64,000 bases of DNA from Candidatus Bathyarchaeota archaeon. GTDB lineage: Archaea; Thermoproteota; CALKCG01; B24; DRYS01. Made by a program: the position numbers and the translations under genes. Position 1 is the first letter of the stretch, and every line of letters begins with the position of its first letter. This document shows, piece by piece, positions 61,418-64,000 of the stretch. The stretch is from positions 224,827-288,826 of the forward strand of contig JAGTQC010000001.1 in the NCBI GenBank assembly GCA_018396535.1. The letters run 5' to 3'. The notes beneath the pieces are model-generated. The model saw only the letters and a list, made by a program, of their open reading frames with translations. It made no database searches and was not told the origin of the DNA.

Positions 61418-62653
61418 ATGGCTAGGTTTCTAACCATAGACGATCTGGATTTCTCCGGTAAAACCGTTATACTCAGACCAGATTTCAACGTTCCGATAGA
61501 TCCGAATACAGGTGAGATAGTAGACGATAGTAGGATAAGGGAGCATGCTGAAACTATAAAGGAGCTTTCGACTAAAGGCGCTAGGATAGTTATACTAGCT
61601 CATCAAGGTAGGCCTGGTGAGAGAGACTATCTAGAATCCCTACGTAAGCATGCTGAAAGATTATCAGGGATACTGGGATTCAAGGTAGATTATGTAGATG
61701 ATCTAGTAGGAGAATCTGCTTTAGAAGCTATATCTAAGCTTAAACCTGGTGGAGTCTTACTACTCAAGAATGTAAGATCCCATCCAGATGAGGGTAGAGA
61801 AGCTCCGCCAGAGGAGCACGCTAGATCAGAGATAGTTTCGAAGCTATCTAGGGTTGCAGATATATTCGTCTTGGATGGCTTCTCTGTAGCGCATAGATCG
61901 CATGCATCTGTCGTAGGATTCGCCTATACGCTTCCATCATGTGCTGGCAGGGTTATGGAAAGGGAGCTTAAAGCTCTAGATAGAGTTTTAGAGAAGCCTG
62001 AGAAGCCCTTCGTATGTATACTAGGTGGAGCTAAATCTGAGAAGAGTACTAGTATGATAGACTACTTCCTAGGGAAGGGTTTAGCAGACTATATACTCAC
62101 CGGAGGCTTGATAGGTCAGCTACTCCTACTCGCTAGCGGGTTAGATTTAGGATCCGTTAACGTTAAGGTTTTGGAGAAGAGGGGCTTCCTGAAGTTTAGG
62201 AATGAAGCCGTAGAGATACTTAGAAGATATAACGGTATGGTGAAGACCCCCGTCGATGTAGCTGTGGATATGAATGGTAGAAGGATTGAACTATCTGTTA
62301 AGGATCTACCATCGGAATACCCTATAATGGATATAGGTCGTAGAACAATCGATATGTATAAGCAGATTATATCGAACGCTAGATCTATACTGGTTAGCGG
62401 CCCTCTAGGCGTATATGAAGATGAAAGGTTTATCGAAGGTACATCCGAGATATATAGAGCTGCCGCTTTAAGCGGAGCATACTGTATAGGTGGTGGAGGG
62501 GATACGGTCGCAGCTTTAGAGAAGCTCGGTTTGAGAGATAGATTCTCCTATGTTAGCTTAGCTGGAGGAGCATTCATAGAATACATCTCTGGTAGTAGAC
62601 TTCCAGGTGTGGAAGCTTTAGAGATAGCATATAGGAGAGTTAAGCATGTTTGA
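61418..62653 (+). CDS. pgk: Phosphoglycerate kinase
   Basis: DFNVP, HQGRP, AHRSHAS, GGAK, GGGDT, SLAGGA. Confidence 0.95.
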   Translation: MARFLTIDDLDFSGKTVILRPDFNVPIDPNTGEIVDDSRIREHAETIKELSTKGARIVILAHQGRPGERDYLESLRKHAERLSGILGFKVDYVDDLVGESALEAISKLKPGGVLLLKNVRSHPDEGREAPPEEHARSEIVSKLSRVADIFVLDGFSVAHRSHASVVGFAYTLPSCAGRVMERELKALDRVLEKPEKPFVCILGGAKSEKSTSMIDYFLGKGLADYILTGGLIGQLLLLASGLDLGSVNVKVLEKRGFLKFRNEAVEILRRYNGMVKTPVDVAVDMNGRRIELSVKDLPSEYPIMDIGRRTIDMYKQIISNARSILVSGPLGVYEDERFIEGTSEIYRAAALSGAYCIGGGGDTVAALEKLGLRDRFSYVSLAGGAFIEYISGSRLPGVEALEIAYRRVKHV

Positions 62654-62720
62654 TAAGCTGAATAGAAAATCTTATATTTCTATAGTTGCGATTCTTCCTT
62701 ACGAGTCTAGGAGGTAGGTT

Positions 62721-63029
62721 ATGGCGGAGATCTGCCCTATATGCGGGCTTCCTAAAGATTTATGCGTCTGCAAACAGATAAGCCAGGAGCAGCAGCGTAT
62801 CGTTATAAAACTTGAGAAGGTTCGTTTCGGTAAACCTGTAACCATAATCAATGGTATAATAGCTAACGATAAAGAGTTGAGGAAGCTTGCTCAAGCTCTC
62901 AAATCCATATGCGCATGCGGCGGCACTGCTAAGGATAATAAGATACTACTTCAAGGCGATCATAGATCTAAGGTTCGAGATTACCTAGTTAGTGTAGGCT
63001 ACAAAGCTGAGAATATAGATGTAGAGTAG
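62721..63029 (+). CDS. sui1: Translation initiation factor 1 / SUI1 homolog
   Basis: CPICGLPKDLCVC, LKSICACGGT, LQGDHR. Confidence 0.95.
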   Translation: MAEICPICGLPKDLCVCKQISQEQQRIVIKLEKVRFGKPVTIINGIIANDKELRKLAQALKSICACGGTAKDNKILLQGDHRSKVRDYLVSVGYKAENIDVE

Positions 63030-63283
63030 GGTAGCATCATACGGATATGATAGAGAGTTACATATAATCCTACCAGTAAGCCTATGCTATCTAGGTTACT
63101 AATCATATCTTTCTACTTTAAATACTCTTAAAAACAGTAGCTAAGATTATACATATATATCTATATGTGAAGTTTTAATAGAGAAAGTTTATCAAATATT
63201 ATCAGATATCTAAAACTTCATGAAATTGAAAATTAAGTATATTCCTCAACCTTTATATTTAAATAAAATCTAATATAATTATG

Positions 63284-64000
63284 TTAAGATTGGTAGCGAT
63301 GTGAAAGCATAAGTAGGAGTTCATGATACTCCTGGTTTACCCTACCATACTTTTCTTTGATAATCATGCTGATTTTATACCAATCCTGGGATATTTTCGG
63401 CCATAAATCGCTAGCCATTAAATGCTTTACCACATATTCTTTTAATGGTTTTTCACGTCTAATCATTCCCTGACGCCATTCAAAGCTTATGAGACCCGTA
63501 CGCTTCAAGTATTGGATCATATGGCCTACCTGATGATAGTCTATCGGGTATTCTATACTTCTCTCTAAATCCTCTAGGAGAGAATCTACGGCTATCTCAT
63601 CTTCTGGTCTCAGACATATGGTAGCTATAACGTTCTGGATAAGCTTTGCAGCTTTGGTTAGGTATACACCCATCCTCTTCGGAGGGATGAGGATTTGTTC
63701 AAGACGATAACCATACCTTCTGTAAAACCAGCTCTTAACAATCTCAGCTAGGATTATATGGTCGTCATCGCCTATGAGCACTATAGACTTATCAGCCAAG
63801 TCATTATAATAATGCATTAGCGCCACCCTCGCTATTACGTCTCTCTCGCACATATAACCTTGAAAGAAATTTACGTCTGGTTGAGGCCTATCTTTAACTA
63901 TCTCTGAAAACTTCTTAGCGACCTCCTCAAACCTTCCAGCGAAGGTTATTCTCTTCCCCTCACATTTACTGCATCTCCCACTCTTAAATTCTAGAGTCCT
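63284..64000 (-). CDS. Chimeric ORF (partial): BpsA/DUF43 branched-chain polyamine synthase N-terminal part fused to an unrelated wHTH-like C-terminus
   Basis: Frame open from 64000: CSKCEGK...IVKDRPQP...FFQGY...ARVALM...DLADKSIVLIGDDD, then non-BpsA sequence. Confidence 0.65.
   Translation of the reverse strand, partial: RTLEFKSGRCSKCEGKRITFAGRFEEVAKKFSEIVKDRPQPDVNFFQGYMCERDVIARVALMHYYNDLADKSIVLIGDDDHIILAEIVKSWFYRRYGYRLEQILIPPKRMGVYLTKAAKLIQNVIATICLRPEDEIAVDSLLEDLERSIEYPIDYHQVGHMIQYLKRTGLISFEWRQGMIRREKPLKEYVVKHLMASDLWPKISQDWYKISMIIKEKYGRVNQEYHELLLMLSHRYQS

Overview
Archaeal chromosomal window (aRF1, GPN-loop GTPase, class I CCA-adding enzyme, ThpR, SUI1, archaeal-type PGK, TATA-box promoters, intron-less tRNAs). 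Gene content suggests a thermophilic, anaerobic, heterotrophic TACK archaeon, most like Bathyarchaeia; this is inferred, not tested. It holds about 63 intact or partial CDS, 3 tRNAs (Arg-UCU, Ser-GCU, Pro-GGG), a HEPN-MNT pair, an oligosaccharide-type Opp/Dpp ABC importer, an ABC-2 exporter, a GH38 alpha-mannosidase, ADP-forming acetyl-CoA synthetase, gap-pgk and several decayed gene relics. I saw no CRISPR array, rRNA or intact mobile element. The best candidate for an undescribed system is a divergent 5-gene locus (46803-50019) pairing an SPFH protein with three zinc ribbons, a helical partner and an arrestin-fold zinc-ribbon protein. Other leads: an in-frame uORF in front of the release factor gene, a CDF gene whose stop codon lies inside tRNA-Arg (which also has a non-canonical C33), a chimeric BpsA, an OPT-like transporter next to the GH38 gene, and an RHH/int(N)-like relic at tRNA-Pro. 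All family calls come from motif recognition by eye, with no database searches.
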